Positions 9,123-19,220 of a stretch of 64,000 nucleotides of DNA are shown here, piece by piece. Source of the DNA: Barthelona sp. PCE (lineage: Eukaryota); contig JAUFOR010000006.1 in assembly GCA_040285745.1 (NCBI GenBank), positions 620,001 through 684,000 on the forward strand, given 5' to 3'. The position numbers were made by a program, and so were the translations under genes. Every line of letters begins with the position of its first letter. The stretch's first letter is position 1. The notes beneath the pieces are model-generated. The model was not told the origin of the DNA. It ran no database searches and saw only the letters and a list, made by a program, of their open reading frames with translations.

Positions 9123-11369
9123 ATGTCCAATGAATCCTCAAACAACCCACCTTTATTCGCTCCAAACATCGTTCTGAGCAAATCCCCATCAACATCAAGC
9201 ATTTCAAGTAACGTAGAGCAGTCTCCTCATAGAAACCGCAGTCCTCGTGAAGAGAGAAACTCCTCGAACTCGCCTATCATGCCAGTTGCATCCCTTGCGA
9301 GACCAGATAAGTCATCAATTCGTAGTAGATCTACCAACCCTTCTTTGGCACGAACCAAGTCAAGTTCTCTGATGTCAAGTGGTCCCACCAGTGATACTAT
9401 GAACGACTTCTTCAGTTCTAGAATGAACAAGAAGGTAGATATTACAAAGACCTCCTCCGGACGTTTTAAGAAACCCCAACGTTCTTCCACTCCTAACCCT
9501 CGTTACAGTGGCTCAGGCAACTCTGACCGTTTCAGAGAAGATCACCGTGACCGTGACCGTGACCGTGATGGTTTCCGTTCCAATTTCAAGTACGGTAATT
9601 CAGGTCCTCTTGGTTCAGCTTTTGATACCCGTAGCAGAGGTTACGACAACAGGAAGCGCCCCACAACCAAGCAGCATCAAGAATACTCTGAGAACGAGTT
9701 GTTTGCTGTCAAGGCTAAAACACAAGATATCAACGCTGATTTTTATGATCAATGTGATGTTGAAGTCAGTGGTGAAGCCATTGCTCCTCCATATGAGTCA
9801 ATCGAAGATTTCGTTGATGTCTCGTGTCAGATCTTGAAGGATAACATCAAGCGTTGCCGTTTCGGTACCTTGACTCCCGTCCAATCAAACGCTATGCCTA
9901 TCGTTACTTCTGGTCGGGATATCATGTGCTCAGCTCCCACTGGTTCAGGTAAGACATTTTCTTTCCTCGCACCCCTTATCAACAATATTGCAAGTGGTCG
10001 TTGGGAGAATATTCCTCCGAATTTCGATCCTGAGCGCAGAAAGTACCGTTCTGCCGCTAACCCCAGCGTCATTATTCTGAGCCCAACCAGAGAGCTCGCA
10101 AGTCAAATCTACTTAGAATCCCTTCGTTTGCTTTTCAGCAGACGTAGACGTCGTGAAGTTCGTTCTGTTGTTGCTTATGGTGGTGTTGCAATCAACTTCC
10201 AACAGAATGATTTGCAACGTGGTTGCGACATCCTTATATGTTGTCCTGGTCGTCTAATTGATTTACTCAACCGTGGCTTTGTCAATTTCTCTAAGCTCCG
10301 CGCAGTCGTCCTTGATGAGGCCGATCGTCAGCTTGATATGGGATTCCGCCCCCAGATCAATGAGATCTTTGGTTATATCCACGATCAGGCTGAGTTACCC
10401 ACGAAGTACAGTCGTGATAACAGTTATAATGATGACATTCAAGTTATCGAGTACGGTACTCAGGTTCTCATGTTCTCCGCCACATTCCCTCAAGTGGTAC
10501 AAGAACTCGCAGGTAAGTTATTATCCGATTACGTTTTCCTCACCGTTGGTCACGTTGGCCAATCATTGAACAACATCACACAGAAGTTGGTTAACATTTC
10601 CCCTCAGGAGAAGCACCAACACCTCTTGGATTTGTTGGATGTTTTCTTCCCTCAGAAAGACCAGCTTCAGGAATTGAACTGGAGATCTAACAAGGTTGAA
10701 GAAGGAGATCCCGTTGAAGTCAAAGTTCTCGTTTTCGTCGAGACTAAGAGAGATGCTGAGGCGCTCCATGATTCTGTCGAAGATGCTGGATACCATTGTC
10801 TTGTTATTCACGGTGACCGTGATCAGCAGCAACGTGAGCTTGCAATGGAAGAGTTCAGAAGACGTCCTCGTTGTGTTCTCATTGGTACAGATGTTCTTTC
10901 TCGTGGTCTTGATGTTCCTAACGTCAGTCACGTTATTAACTATGATATGCCCAATGACATTGACACTTACACCCATCGTATTGGACGTTCAGGTCGTATG
11001 GGTGCTCAAGGTCAAGCCACATCATTCATCACTTACGATGATTCTCGTATCTTTAACGATTTGTACAAACATCTTGAGACTTCTGGTAACAATATTCCTG
11101 ATTGGTTTACTAAGATGCTACCTCGTCGTGGTGGTCGTGGTGGTCGTAATTCACACCGTCGTGATGTTCGTCGTAACAATAACAAGGGTGGAAACAAGGG
11201 TAAGCGTCAAAACCAAGGTAGCAGCAGTGGAAGCACTTCTTTCAATTTCAGAGATCGTGAAAGCAGCAATAGCAAACGTAGCAATAACAATATCAGTTCT
11301 AAACCCAGCAACAAGGGACCTAGCAACTTCCAATCACTCAACAACAACCAAGAAGAATGGACATGGTAG
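9123..11369 (+). CDS. DED1: DEAD-box RNA helicase, DDX3/Ded1/Vasa subfamily
   Basis: Q motif TPVQ, APTGSGKT, PTRELASQI, YGG, PGRLIDL, LDEADRQLDMGF, MFSATFP, LVFVETKR, IHGDRDQQQRE, RGLDVPNV, YTHRIGRSGRMG. The DFYDQCDVEVSG upstream motif, RGG tail and acidic/Trp C-terminus (EEWTW) are typical of DDX3/Ded1. First ATG is at 9123. Confidence 0.9.
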   Translation: MSNESSNNPPLFAPNIVLSKSPSTSSISSNVEQSPHRNRSPREERNSSNSPIMPVASLARPDKSSIRSRSTNPSLARTKSSSLMSSGPTSDTMNDFFSSRMNKKVDITKTSSGRFKKPQRSSTPNPRYSGSGNSDRFREDHRDRDRDRDGFRSNFKYGNSGPLGSAFDTRSRGYDNRKRPTTKQHQEYSENELFAVKAKTQDINADFYDQCDVEVSGEAIAPPYESIEDFVDVSCQILKDNIKRCRFGTLTPVQSNAMPIVTSGRDIMCSAPTGSGKTFSFLAPLINNIASGRWENIPPNFDPERRKYRSAANPSVIILSPTRELASQIYLESLRLLFSRRRRREVRSVVAYGGVAINFQQNDLQRGCDILICCPGRLIDLLNRGFVNFSKLRAVVLDEADRQLDMGFRPQINEIFGYIHDQAELPTKYSRDNSYNDDIQVIEYGTQVLMFSATFPQVVQELAGKLLSDYVFLTVGHVGQSLNNITQKLVNISPQEKHQHLLDLLDVFFPQKDQLQELNWRSNKVEEGDPVEVKVLVFVETKRDAEALHDSVEDAGYHCLVIHGDRDQQQRELAMEEFRRRPRCVLIGTDVLSRGLDVPNVSHVINYDMPNDIDTYTHRIGRSGRMGAQGQATSFITYDDSRIFNDLYKHLETSGNNIPDWFTKMLPRRGGRGGRNSHRRDVRRNNNKGGNKGKRQNQGSSSGSTSFNFRDRESSNSKRSNNNISSKPSNKGPSNFQSLNNNQEEWTW
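9544..9567 (+). repeat. Coding hexanucleotide microsatellite (ACCGTG)4 encoding an RD dipeptide run
   Basis: accgtgaccgtgaccgtgaccgtg encodes HRDRDRDRD in the helicase N-terminal disordered region. Confidence 0.9.
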
Positions 11370-11371
11370 AT

Positions 11372-12922
11372 TTACAAGATTTTGAGATCAAAGTAATCGT
11401 TTAAGAACTTTTTAAACGAGAGTTCCAAAGTAAAACATTCAATTTCTTTTCTTTTAAAAATTCTGTTAAAAAATCCTCTCTTAGTAATTAACAATTCCTC
11501 TTTTTCATTATTAGGAGCTATCATGTGAATATATTCGTGACAGTTTTCTGAGTCTACCAATACTTCATCAACTAGAAGTGGTAACATTGAACAGGTAGGT
11601 AGTGAAATCTCTATAATCTCCTTTGGTTCTTCAGAATACTTAAGAACAGGAATAAAAATGATGGAAACGATTTCATGAACAGGTTTTTGAAGTAATAAGT
11701 GTCTTTCTTGCTTGCTCATATTCAGTAAAAAGCGTAAAGCACGATAGACATTGGTTAATTTAGTATAAAACGAACTAAATTCGGTTATTGTGAGCATTTT
11801 CCGACAATGTCTGATTATTTCATCAAATAAAACATCAAAATTTAACCAACAATCAATAAATAAGTTAAAATGTTTCAAAATAATTGCTGAGAACATTCTA
11901 TCGTCTAACGTCTCAATAAAGGACGCATCGTTTTCAACACATACCTCAAGGTTCGTCGCGCACAGATAGGTGACAGATCCAAATGCGTCTAGTAGTGTAA
12001 TGTTGAACTGATACTGAACTCTGTTGAGATGACCCAGGATCAGTTCAGATGGCGAATATTCTAAGAGAATTCTGCTATCAACCTCAGTGAACACACTCAT
12101 AGAAGAGCGGTGAACGACTGAATCGTCAATAAAAGTTGTGTTATTATCATGAATGGTAACAATCTCACTGATGATCACACGTGGCTCGGATAAAACTTTA
12201 TCAACCAATTGCGACACATCATCGAACGCATATGACGTGATATCATGGCGCTTTCCAGCTGTTGTATGTAGAAGACCGCTCAAATATTTGGGTAATACTG
12301 TCTGACTATCTGCGATTATTGATACAGATTGGAGACATGGGCTCTTCAAGAACTTCTCGACGCAGTATTTCGCCAGCTTCTCATCTGCTTGTGTGGGTTC
12401 TTTCATATCACTTAATACTAAAATGACATTAGCAATATGAGGTACTTCTAACAACGCAAACAGAACTCCCATCCATGATGTAGAGCCACGGTGTTCTTCC
12501 TTAATGATATGGTTTGGTGATATACTAAAAGAATGATCTTGAACAAAACTTCTTGAAAAAAGTACTCTGTTCTGGGATGCTATATATAAATCTGTTTGAC
12601 TTTCCAAGAAACCAACGGTTTCGCCAGCAGGTAGATCATACAGGATATTTTTTTGTTTCGTGCTTCGTGCCTTTAACGGTTTTGTATTGGCACCAGGGAG
12701 TAAAAGTTCATTGAAACAGAAACTTGGAATGCTGAGCTCTACTTGACCTGGTACTGCCGTTGAAGGTTGGGATAACTGTTTTATCCTAAAATTGGTTAAA
12801 AAATTTGAAGTAGGCCCTTTAGGGATCGGTAATTCTACAATTTCTTCATGTTCCACTGAATTTATGCTGTGTGCAGGCTGTTCCTCCTCCACTTGTACTT
12901 CTATACAGGTGGGTTCCTCCAT
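11372..12922 (-). CDS. Hypothetical protein (~516 aa)
   Basis: Long ORF. First ATG is at 12922 (the track start 12985 is GTG). No motif recognised. Confidence 0.75.
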   Translation of the reverse strand: MEEPTCIEVQVEEEQPAHSINSVEHEEIVELPIPKGPTSNFLTNFRIKQLSQPSTAVPGQVELSIPSFCFNELLLPGANTKPLKARSTKQKNILYDLPAGETVGFLESQTDLYIASQNRVLFSRSFVQDHSFSISPNHIIKEEHRGSTSWMGVLFALLEVPHIANVILVLSDMKEPTQADEKLAKYCVEKFLKSPCLQSVSIIADSQTVLPKYLSGLLHTTAGKRHDITSYAFDDVSQLVDKVLSEPRVIISEIVTIHDNNTTFIDDSVVHRSSMSVFTEVDSRILLEYSPSELILGHLNRVQYQFNITLLDAFGSVTYLCATNLEVCVENDASFIETLDDRMFSAIILKHFNLFIDCWLNFDVLFDEIIRHCRKMLTITEFSSFYTKLTNVYRALRFLLNMSKQERHLLLQKPVHEIVSIIFIPVLKYSEEPKEIIEISLPTCSMLPLLVDEVLVDSENCHEYIHMIAPNNEKEELLITKRGFFNRIFKRKEIECFTLELSFKKFLNDYFDLKIL

Positions 12923-13048
12923 CACAGAACCATAAGGGAACACAGAAAGGGGATAATGAGTATAACAGCTTTTTATTAATAGCACAATGCATTACAAGGT
13001 TTGCTAACGTTTATTTACAAACTTCAGTCCAAAAGCTGAGAAAATTCC

Positions 13049-15061
13049 TTAATATATTATTTGGTCAATATCAGCACTTGCAAGTAAAGTAGGAATGTGA
13101 TACTCCTTACTTGTTTCTGTTATGTTAATGGGATCAGTTAGATCTATGGTAGTACAAACAATTGCTCTTTTTTCAAAACAATGATCTGCATGTTTGATAA
13201 TTGAACATTCATCAGTATATCTAGTTTCTTGAATTCCTTTAAAATCAAACTCACAAACATCTCTGGCCGTAATGACATCATCTTTCACAGAAAAAGTCAA
13301 TAACATCCCTCCGGCGATGATGGAATCAAAGCTAACCCATCTGGTGAATGCTGTTGAATTAGTTCTTAAAACATAGTAAGATTCAAGTGGTTCTTCTTGG
13401 TCCCAATCCATACAGTAAACATGTTCGAAGAACCCTTCTCTAACACTTTGTTGTGTGATGATGAATAATTGAAGATTTGTATTGGGTATGAACCAAGGAC
13501 AAAGTTTCAATTTTGCATCAGTCATTTCATCAACACAATGAGTTGTAATCGGCCGACCGTCATCATCAACCATTGCTATAATTAAATCATCTTTCGTTGA
13601 TATGGCCAGCGTGTTGCGTTCACATTCATCTAGCCTTATACAGTAAGCTCCTTCAGGAGCCATACCTAAAACATAATTTCCAAGATAAAAGTTTGGTTCT
13701 ACTTGAAGCAAATGACCGTTGTTGTATACAAGAGCATGGTCGTGGACTATTCCAAACAGCATACCTTGACGTCTAGGCATTTCAACAACAATATCCTCTC
13801 CATTACACCATTGCCGTTTCTCAAATTCACCTCCTACATGCTTTAAATATGTGATTGTGCCATCTGCGTACACGTACCACGACTTTAATGACCCATATCG
13901 AGTTGTAGCTTCCTTATCATTAACACTAACAATTTTGTTGTTGCAAAAGTCAAGATAATGGATAGTGCCACCATATTCTAGAGAGAATACACCATCATTG
14001 AGGTATTGGACAGGTTTAGATCTTGGTAAACGATAAATTAACTCACTTCTATTAAAAAACTGAACTTTACCGGCTCTTCTGTCAATGTTTTGCCCAAACC
14101 ATGTTGGTCTATATATGAAATCACATTTTAAATCAATTGGTATAGCTTTTGTAAACATTTCACACAGCATAGTACCAGAAACTGTTGTCATCACACCTTT
14201 ATCTATACAAACATACAAAGACTCCTTTTCGCTAAAGAAAATTATTTCAAGTCGAATAGAAGATCTACTGATGATTGCAAACGATATATATTTATCCAGT
14301 TCTAATGAATGTAACTCAAAAAACATTTCCATTAAATTAACAATATTGCCAAATTCATCAACCAATATTAGATTTGTTCTATTAGAGTAATACTTCCTGA
14401 ATCCAACACAATAAGCATTTAAACAGGGGAGCAATCGGGAAAATGTAGGTATATTCAGCGGCACTAACTTTAATTCTACAGTTGGATCAATATCTTCATC
14501 AGAATATTTGTACAACAGGCGATTATTACTATTATCAGTAAGTATTAACATATTGTTAATTTGAAGTTCCGTATTCATCAGTTTTAAATCATTAATGATT
14601 CGATATTCACTAGTCTTGACATCAAATAACACAGTAAACAACGTATTATTCCTTACAAGCATAAACAGAGCACGTGATGGGGTACACATCATCACCAATG
14701 TTGGTGTACCCAGTGTCCCTTCAATTAATTCAGATGGATAATTAAAGTTAATGAGTTCAAAATCATCGGTGGTTAAATCCTTGAATAATCTTAACTCATC
14801 TCCATTCTGTTTGAATGTGATTGTGAAGTACATTGGCTCTTCAGCACCGTATTCTGGATAAACTGTTCGTTTTCGATTTGAAAACTGAACAGAGCCACAT
14901 TCAGAACATATTTGTGCGATGAATTCACCATCCCTCATTGAAGAATATTCATGACGTTCCAAGTTGCTCCAAACAGCGTATCCACGTGTGTCAACATTTA
15001 AACAACCGTTGGGTACGCTTTTAATAGATAATTGATCATGAAAATTTTTTTGGCGTGGCAT
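13049..15061 (-). CDS. Hypothetical beta-rich protein of an orphan family (paralog of 5225..7102)
   Basis: 670-aa ATG-started ORF made of short alternating hydrophobic strands. Shares motif blocks with the 5225..7102 product. Confidence 0.8.
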   Translation of the reverse strand: MPRQKNFHDQLSIKSVPNGCLNVDTRGYAVWSNLERHEYSSMRDGEFIAQICSECGSVQFSNRKRTVYPEYGAEEPMYFTITFKQNGDELRLFKDLTTDDFELINFNYPSELIEGTLGTPTLVMMCTPSRALFMLVRNNTLFTVLFDVKTSEYRIINDLKLMNTELQINNMLILTDNSNNRLLYKYSDEDIDPTVELKLVPLNIPTFSRLLPCLNAYCVGFRKYYSNRTNLILVDEFGNIVNLMEMFFELHSLELDKYISFAIISRSSIRLEIIFFSEKESLYVCIDKGVMTTVSGTMLCEMFTKAIPIDLKCDFIYRPTWFGQNIDRRAGKVQFFNRSELIYRLPRSKPVQYLNDGVFSLEYGGTIHYLDFCNNKIVSVNDKEATTRYGSLKSWYVYADGTITYLKHVGGEFEKRQWCNGEDIVVEMPRRQGMLFGIVHDHALVYNNGHLLQVEPNFYLGNYVLGMAPEGAYCIRLDECERNTLAISTKDDLIIAMVDDDGRPITTHCVDEMTDAKLKLCPWFIPNTNLQLFIITQQSVREGFFEHVYCMDWDQEEPLESYYVLRTNSTAFTRWVSFDSIIAGGMLLTFSVKDDVITARDVCEFDFKGIQETRYTDECSIIKHADHCFEKRAIVCTTIDLTDPINITETSKEYHIPTLLASADIDQIIY

Positions 15062-15162
15062 TCTTCAAAATTAGGTTGTTTAATTAAATAAAAAGGCCAA
15101 ATTAGATGGAAGTAAAGTTGAAAAACGAAATGAAAAGGAGTCACAAAAGTTTTACAAATAAA

Positions 15163-17781
15163 CTACAATAAACGTACGATTTCAGGATCAAGGGGTTGTA
15201 TATAATCATGTTCTGCCAATGTTGCATCTGTACTCACAAGATTGAACCGCAAAAGTGCAGTATTGCAACACAAAGAATAACGGTTCCTATCCTCCTCTGA
15301 TATAACACATCCAGGTGTATAATGAAGACTGTATTCTTTCAATTCGTCCTCCATCAACCGCATAAACCTGATAAATGTCTGTGTACACACTTCTTTTTTA
15401 TGTCCACGAGAAAAAGACCACAGCAAACCGTATGAAGGTTGCACCATAATACATCTTCTGAGCAACCGATCAATGTGAACGCTTGGATATGTCTTAATGA
15501 GGAAAATGGCCTTGATAGCTTCAAGGAAAGAATCTCCATATTGTGGAGTGAATGAAATGGACCACGTCAGCAATTCAAGTGCTCTATTGGGATCGTATAA
15601 CGGTGAGCTGGGATTCAGTAAGATACGTGCACCCTCACACCACACTTCACCACTCTTTGGGACCTGAGAAGACGCGTCAATAAACAACCTGAAGTTTAAG
15701 GGCAGATGTAAATCTTGGCTGTTAGTAGAAAGTGACAACTTTAATAGGACGTTTGCTGGTATAGGGGATTCTATCTCCTTCACATTAGTAATATCAAATG
15801 TTGAGAGGACGTGATGAATGAGATCTTGTGTGAAAGCAGGTTTTTTATCATTTAGCTTTGCAATAACTGTATTAAAATCCAGCTTGGTCTCAGTAAACTC
15901 ACGTAGATCATCTATAGTGAGTTCAGGACAATTGAATACCTGTACTAATATTGACCACAGACGACCGCTTGCAGGGTAGCCGAATAACACAGTGACCAAG
16001 AAGTGTGCACACTCTCTGTACAACTTGCGCCTCAATAAGAAAAGAGATAAACTCAATGCAGCCTTCCATTTCGACGATGATGTCAAAAACGAAGTATGTA
16101 GGATCAACGCTGTTTGTTGATGATTACCAATTTCCTCAAGATCACGAACAATTGCAGTGAGCACAACAGAACGACTTCTTCTTTGGGATGAGTCAAAGGC
16201 ATTACGTATACGTCTGCAATAATCCTGCAATGCTGAAACAGGTCCTCCTAAAAAGTATTTGAGGAAACACAGCTTGGCTTGTTGAAGGATGATACGGTAC
16301 TCAACCTTCCCCTCATAGCTATCAATGAGCTTTTCATTAAGGGACATAGCTTTTAACAAATGAAAATTCGAACTCTTGAGCGTATTACGACGTTCATAAT
16401 GGTTAAGGAATGATGATTTGATTATACTATCACTGATTTCAACGAGATACTTTGGGAGCTTATCAAACGGCATTAGTTGTGATACATGAGAGTAATACTG
16501 TAAAATTTCATCAACTCTTATAAATGGGTCTAAAAGCTGTTTTAAACGAAGTTCTTGATGAAAGAATATACTATATCTGTTGTTCTGAGCAATACCCTCC
16601 TGCACAACAGCAAGTCCTCGATCAAAATAACAGTTAACCTCATAAGCACCTGCAGAACCTTGATAACTAGGAGCAAACGAAATGTCATGTTTCGTTGCAT
16701 CATTAAAATCTTCTGTTGCAGCACCGTTTAAACCAAGATAACTCTCCGTTATCGCTGTAGAAAGAACAAGTTTCCAGTACTCATTAACGGTATGTAATCC
16801 TAAAGCTTTGGCATGAGCAAGTGCTGCGATCGAAATGCGCAATGACATACTAAAATTATTCTCGTTGTTATAAAACCCACTAAGAGCATAGACACTGTCA
16901 AAATCAAAAGTACTGTAAGATGCTTCATAATTCATCAGATAGATACGTTTGTAAAAATCATATGATACGAAGCTAAGACTCAATTCTAAGAGTCTTTTTG
17001 ATAGAATGCGTACACAATTATTTAATGCAGTAATGTGTAAATCATTTTCATGAGATAAATCATGATGATTAATGATAGCCAAAATGATCTCCTCAATCAC
17101 ACTGAATGAGAAAGAAAATGGAGACCATGATATCAAATTCATTAACATATCATTACGAAATACACATTTGAAAGATTCTACAATTTGCTTAATATTATGA
17201 CGGAATGCTTTTGTCTTAATTCTCGTCTGATTCTTTGGGACTTTTGTGACCGTGGGTATGGGACCGTGTATCGATACTGATGATGAAGAAGGAAAGCGTA
17301 CTGATGGATAGAATGAACTGGAAGTACTCATTATAGTTGAGGCACTTGACTTCCTTGAATAGACTGTTAATAGATCATCTGAGTGTTCGTACTGCCCGCT
17401 CTCCTTGAATGAGAAGGGATTGCTGGTTTCAGGAGAATTCTTCCAGAAATCTTGAAAAACAGTTTTGTTTAAGTCTCGAACAATTGGCTCGAAAATTTTA
17501 CCTGTTTCAGATGTCTCTGTGATGTTTCCACTACTGCTCAGCATATTTGTCAACACATCAGTGTCTTCTGGATCACTTTGATCCAGGATCATGCTTTGTT
17601 GTTCAATTGCATCATCACCATCCTTCAAAAGGGTGTTCATGACTTGCTCTATAGGCTGAAACTTGCGAACTTCTGGGGAAAATGCATTAGGTGTATTGAT
17701 AAAGTTGTTTATACTATTTTCGGGGCTCGGAAAGAACGGATTGCGAGATTCAGCCTTTGCTCCAGGCGTTTTCATAAACAT
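15163..17781 (-). CDS. TPR/HAT-like helical-repeat protein
   Basis: The C-terminal block PASGRLWSILVQ...VPKSGEVWCEGARI...ISFTPQYGDSFLE...RCIMVQPSYGLLW has the HAT/TPR pattern of an uncharacterised protist family, recalled rather than searched. Ser-rich disordered N-terminus. First ATG is at 17781. Confidence 0.65.
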   Translation of the reverse strand: MFMKTPGAKAESRNPFFPSPENSINNFINTPNAFSPEVRKFQPIEQVMNTLLKDGDDAIEQQSMILDQSDPEDTDVLTNMLSSSGNITETSETGKIFEPIVRDLNKTVFQDFWKNSPETSNPFSFKESGQYEHSDDLLTVYSRKSSASTIMSTSSSFYPSVRFPSSSSVSIHGPIPTVTKVPKNQTRIKTKAFRHNIKQIVESFKCVFRNDMLMNLISWSPFSFSFSVIEEIILAIINHHDLSHENDLHITALNNCVRILSKRLLELSLSFVSYDFYKRIYLMNYEASYSTFDFDSVYALSGFYNNENNFSMSLRISIAALAHAKALGLHTVNEYWKLVLSTAITESYLGLNGAATEDFNDATKHDISFAPSYQGSAGAYEVNCYFDRGLAVVQEGIAQNNRYSIFFHQELRLKQLLDPFIRVDEILQYYSHVSQLMPFDKLPKYLVEISDSIIKSSFLNHYERRNTLKSSNFHLLKAMSLNEKLIDSYEGKVEYRIILQQAKLCFLKYFLGGPVSALQDYCRRIRNAFDSSQRRSRSVVLTAIVRDLEEIGNHQQTALILHTSFLTSSSKWKAALSLSLFLLRRKLYRECAHFLVTVLFGYPASGRLWSILVQVFNCPELTIDDLREFTETKLDFNTVIAKLNDKKPAFTQDLIHHVLSTFDITNVKEIESPIPANVLLKLSLSTNSQDLHLPLNFRLFIDASSQVPKSGEVWCEGARILLNPSSPLYDPNRALELLTWSISFTPQYGDSFLEAIKAIFLIKTYPSVHIDRLLRRCIMVQPSYGLLWSFSRGHKKEVCTQTFIRFMRLMEDELKEYSLHYTPGCVISEEDRNRYSLCCNTALLRFNLVSTDATLAEHDYIQPLDPEIVRLL

Positions 17782-17923
17782 GGTGATCAAGAAGACTTAA
17801 CTACTTGATTCTAAATGAATGTAAAAGGGTAACAAAACGACTAACGTAAAGTGAGATTATTTTTTCTTGAGAAGGTGGTTGAGCTATGTCAAAAAGATAA
17901 ACATATTAAAAATGAAGAGATAT

Positions 17924-18388
17924 TTATTGTGATACAATTCCCAGTGCAGCTAATTCATCCTCGACTTGCTGCTTTTCTTCAGGGCTAAAATCATCCTCGA
18001 CACCAAAGAGATCCCTAATTTCTCCAATGCTTAATGTCTCAAGAATCTTTGAGAGAGCAGCTGTGCATACTTCAAGCATACTTTCGAACTCAATCTTTGA
18101 AGCGCTAAGAACCATGTCAAATAGCTGCTCGTTGGTTACTGCTATGAATTCAGCTTCAAAAACAGCTTTTTCAGCATAATACACGTATTCATCTGATGAT
18201 TCCTTGGTTGATATGCTATGATAAAATTTGAGTGCTTCGACACATTTTGACAAAGCAAAGGCGGAAATATCTGTAGTAATATGGTCTTCCAAAGAAGAAA
18301 TTGCAGTAAAGCTGCGGGCATGCAGTAACTCGCGATCTGTGAGTGTGAATGAGGTTCCGTCCTCAGCTACTAATGTTACAGTGGTCAT
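17924..18388 (-). CDS. Divergent Skp1-family protein
   Basis: VTLVAEDGTSF (BTB start) and LFDMVLSASKIEFESMLEVCTAALSKIL...EIRDLFGVEDDFSPEEKQQV (Skp1 dimerisation domain). Confidence 0.85.
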   Translation of the reverse strand: MTTVTLVAEDGTSFTLTDRELLHARSFTAISSLEDHITTDISAFALSKCVEALKFYHSISTKESSDEYVYYAEKAVFEAEFIAVTNEQLFDMVLSASKIEFESMLEVCTAALSKILETLSIGEIRDLFGVEDDFSPEEKQQVEDELAALGIVSQ

Positions 18389-18431
18389 AATATAAAGATA
18401 CTACTGAAAAGAGAGTGTATTTACGATAACA
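18389..18431. promoter_or_regulatory. Putative minimal bidirectional promoter (43 bp between divergent ATGs)
   Basis: The Skp1-like ATG (18388, minus) and phosducin-like ATG (18432, plus) are 43 nt apart. Promoter function is inferred. Confidence 0.5.
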
Positions 18432-19136
18432 ATGTCATTACAGTTTGATAGACCTACAGAATGGGCCATGACACTGGCTTCCAAGCTGGGCATCCCAGAT
18501 CCGGATGAGATTTGGAAATTAGCCAATGAAATTCAACAGTATCATGTGAAAGATAAAGATGAGCTTCAGTTAGAACGTTTTGAACACCTTGCTGCACTGT
18601 CATCAGACGATTCAGAGTTTGATTCATTGGATGATGAAGAAGATGAAGCATTCATGCAAGCACTTAAGGCTCAACGTTTTAGGAAGGCCAAAGAATTTGC
18701 TGAAAACTCACGATATGGTTCTCTCAGACAGATTTCAAAGGCTGATTACGTTCGTGAAGTTAGTAATGTTGATGGTTGGGTTGTTTTACTTTTGCATCAA
18801 GATCATTTGGAGATTAGTAATCTTGTAAGGAGCTGTCTCTGCGGTCTTGCTAAGAGATATCCCACTCATAAATTTGTACAAATTAAAGCCGATGATTGTG
18901 TTGAAGGTTATGCAGATCAATTGGTACCTACTGTTCTTGTTTATTTCGACAAGGTAAAGATGCACAACTTCGTGGGTCCCTCCGCTTTTGGTGGTGAAAG
19001 GTGCACTACAGATTATTTGGAATACCTATTTGGACAATTTGAAATTTTAGAAACTGATTTTGAAGAAGATCCACTGCCAAAGATCTCTGCTGGCTCCCGA
19101 TTCAACCTAACTATTCATGGAAGGAAACATGAGTAA
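18432..19136 (+). CDS. Phosducin-like protein (PhLP2/PDCL3/Plp2 group)
   Basis: TEW...KLGI N-terminal motif, acidic DDEEDEAFM helix, and the thioredoxin-like RYGSLRQISKADYVREVS...WVVLLL...LAKRYPTHKFVQI...CVEGYADQLVPTVLVY. Confidence 0.9.
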   Translation: MSLQFDRPTEWAMTLASKLGIPDPDEIWKLANEIQQYHVKDKDELQLERFEHLAALSSDDSEFDSLDDEEDEAFMQALKAQRFRKAKEFAENSRYGSLRQISKADYVREVSNVDGWVVLLLHQDHLEISNLVRSCLCGLAKRYPTHKFVQIKADDCVEGYADQLVPTVLVYFDKVKMHNFVGPSAFGGERCTTDYLEYLFGQFEILETDFEEDPLPKISAGSRFNLTIHGRKHE

Positions 19137-19220
19137 ATTTATCGTTTGTAAAAACTTTTATTTTGTTGATAGTTTTTCAATCCTTTTCAGCATACTTTAA
19201 TAGAAGGAGCTGCACACACG

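Noticed and set aside
10696-11385. 229-aa alternative-frame ORF overlapping DDX3, plus the many 60-175-aa shadow ORFs inside long genes
   Set aside because: Mostly non-ATG starts and Val/Leu/Met-rich translations typical of off-frame reading of T-ending codons. No recognisable motifs.
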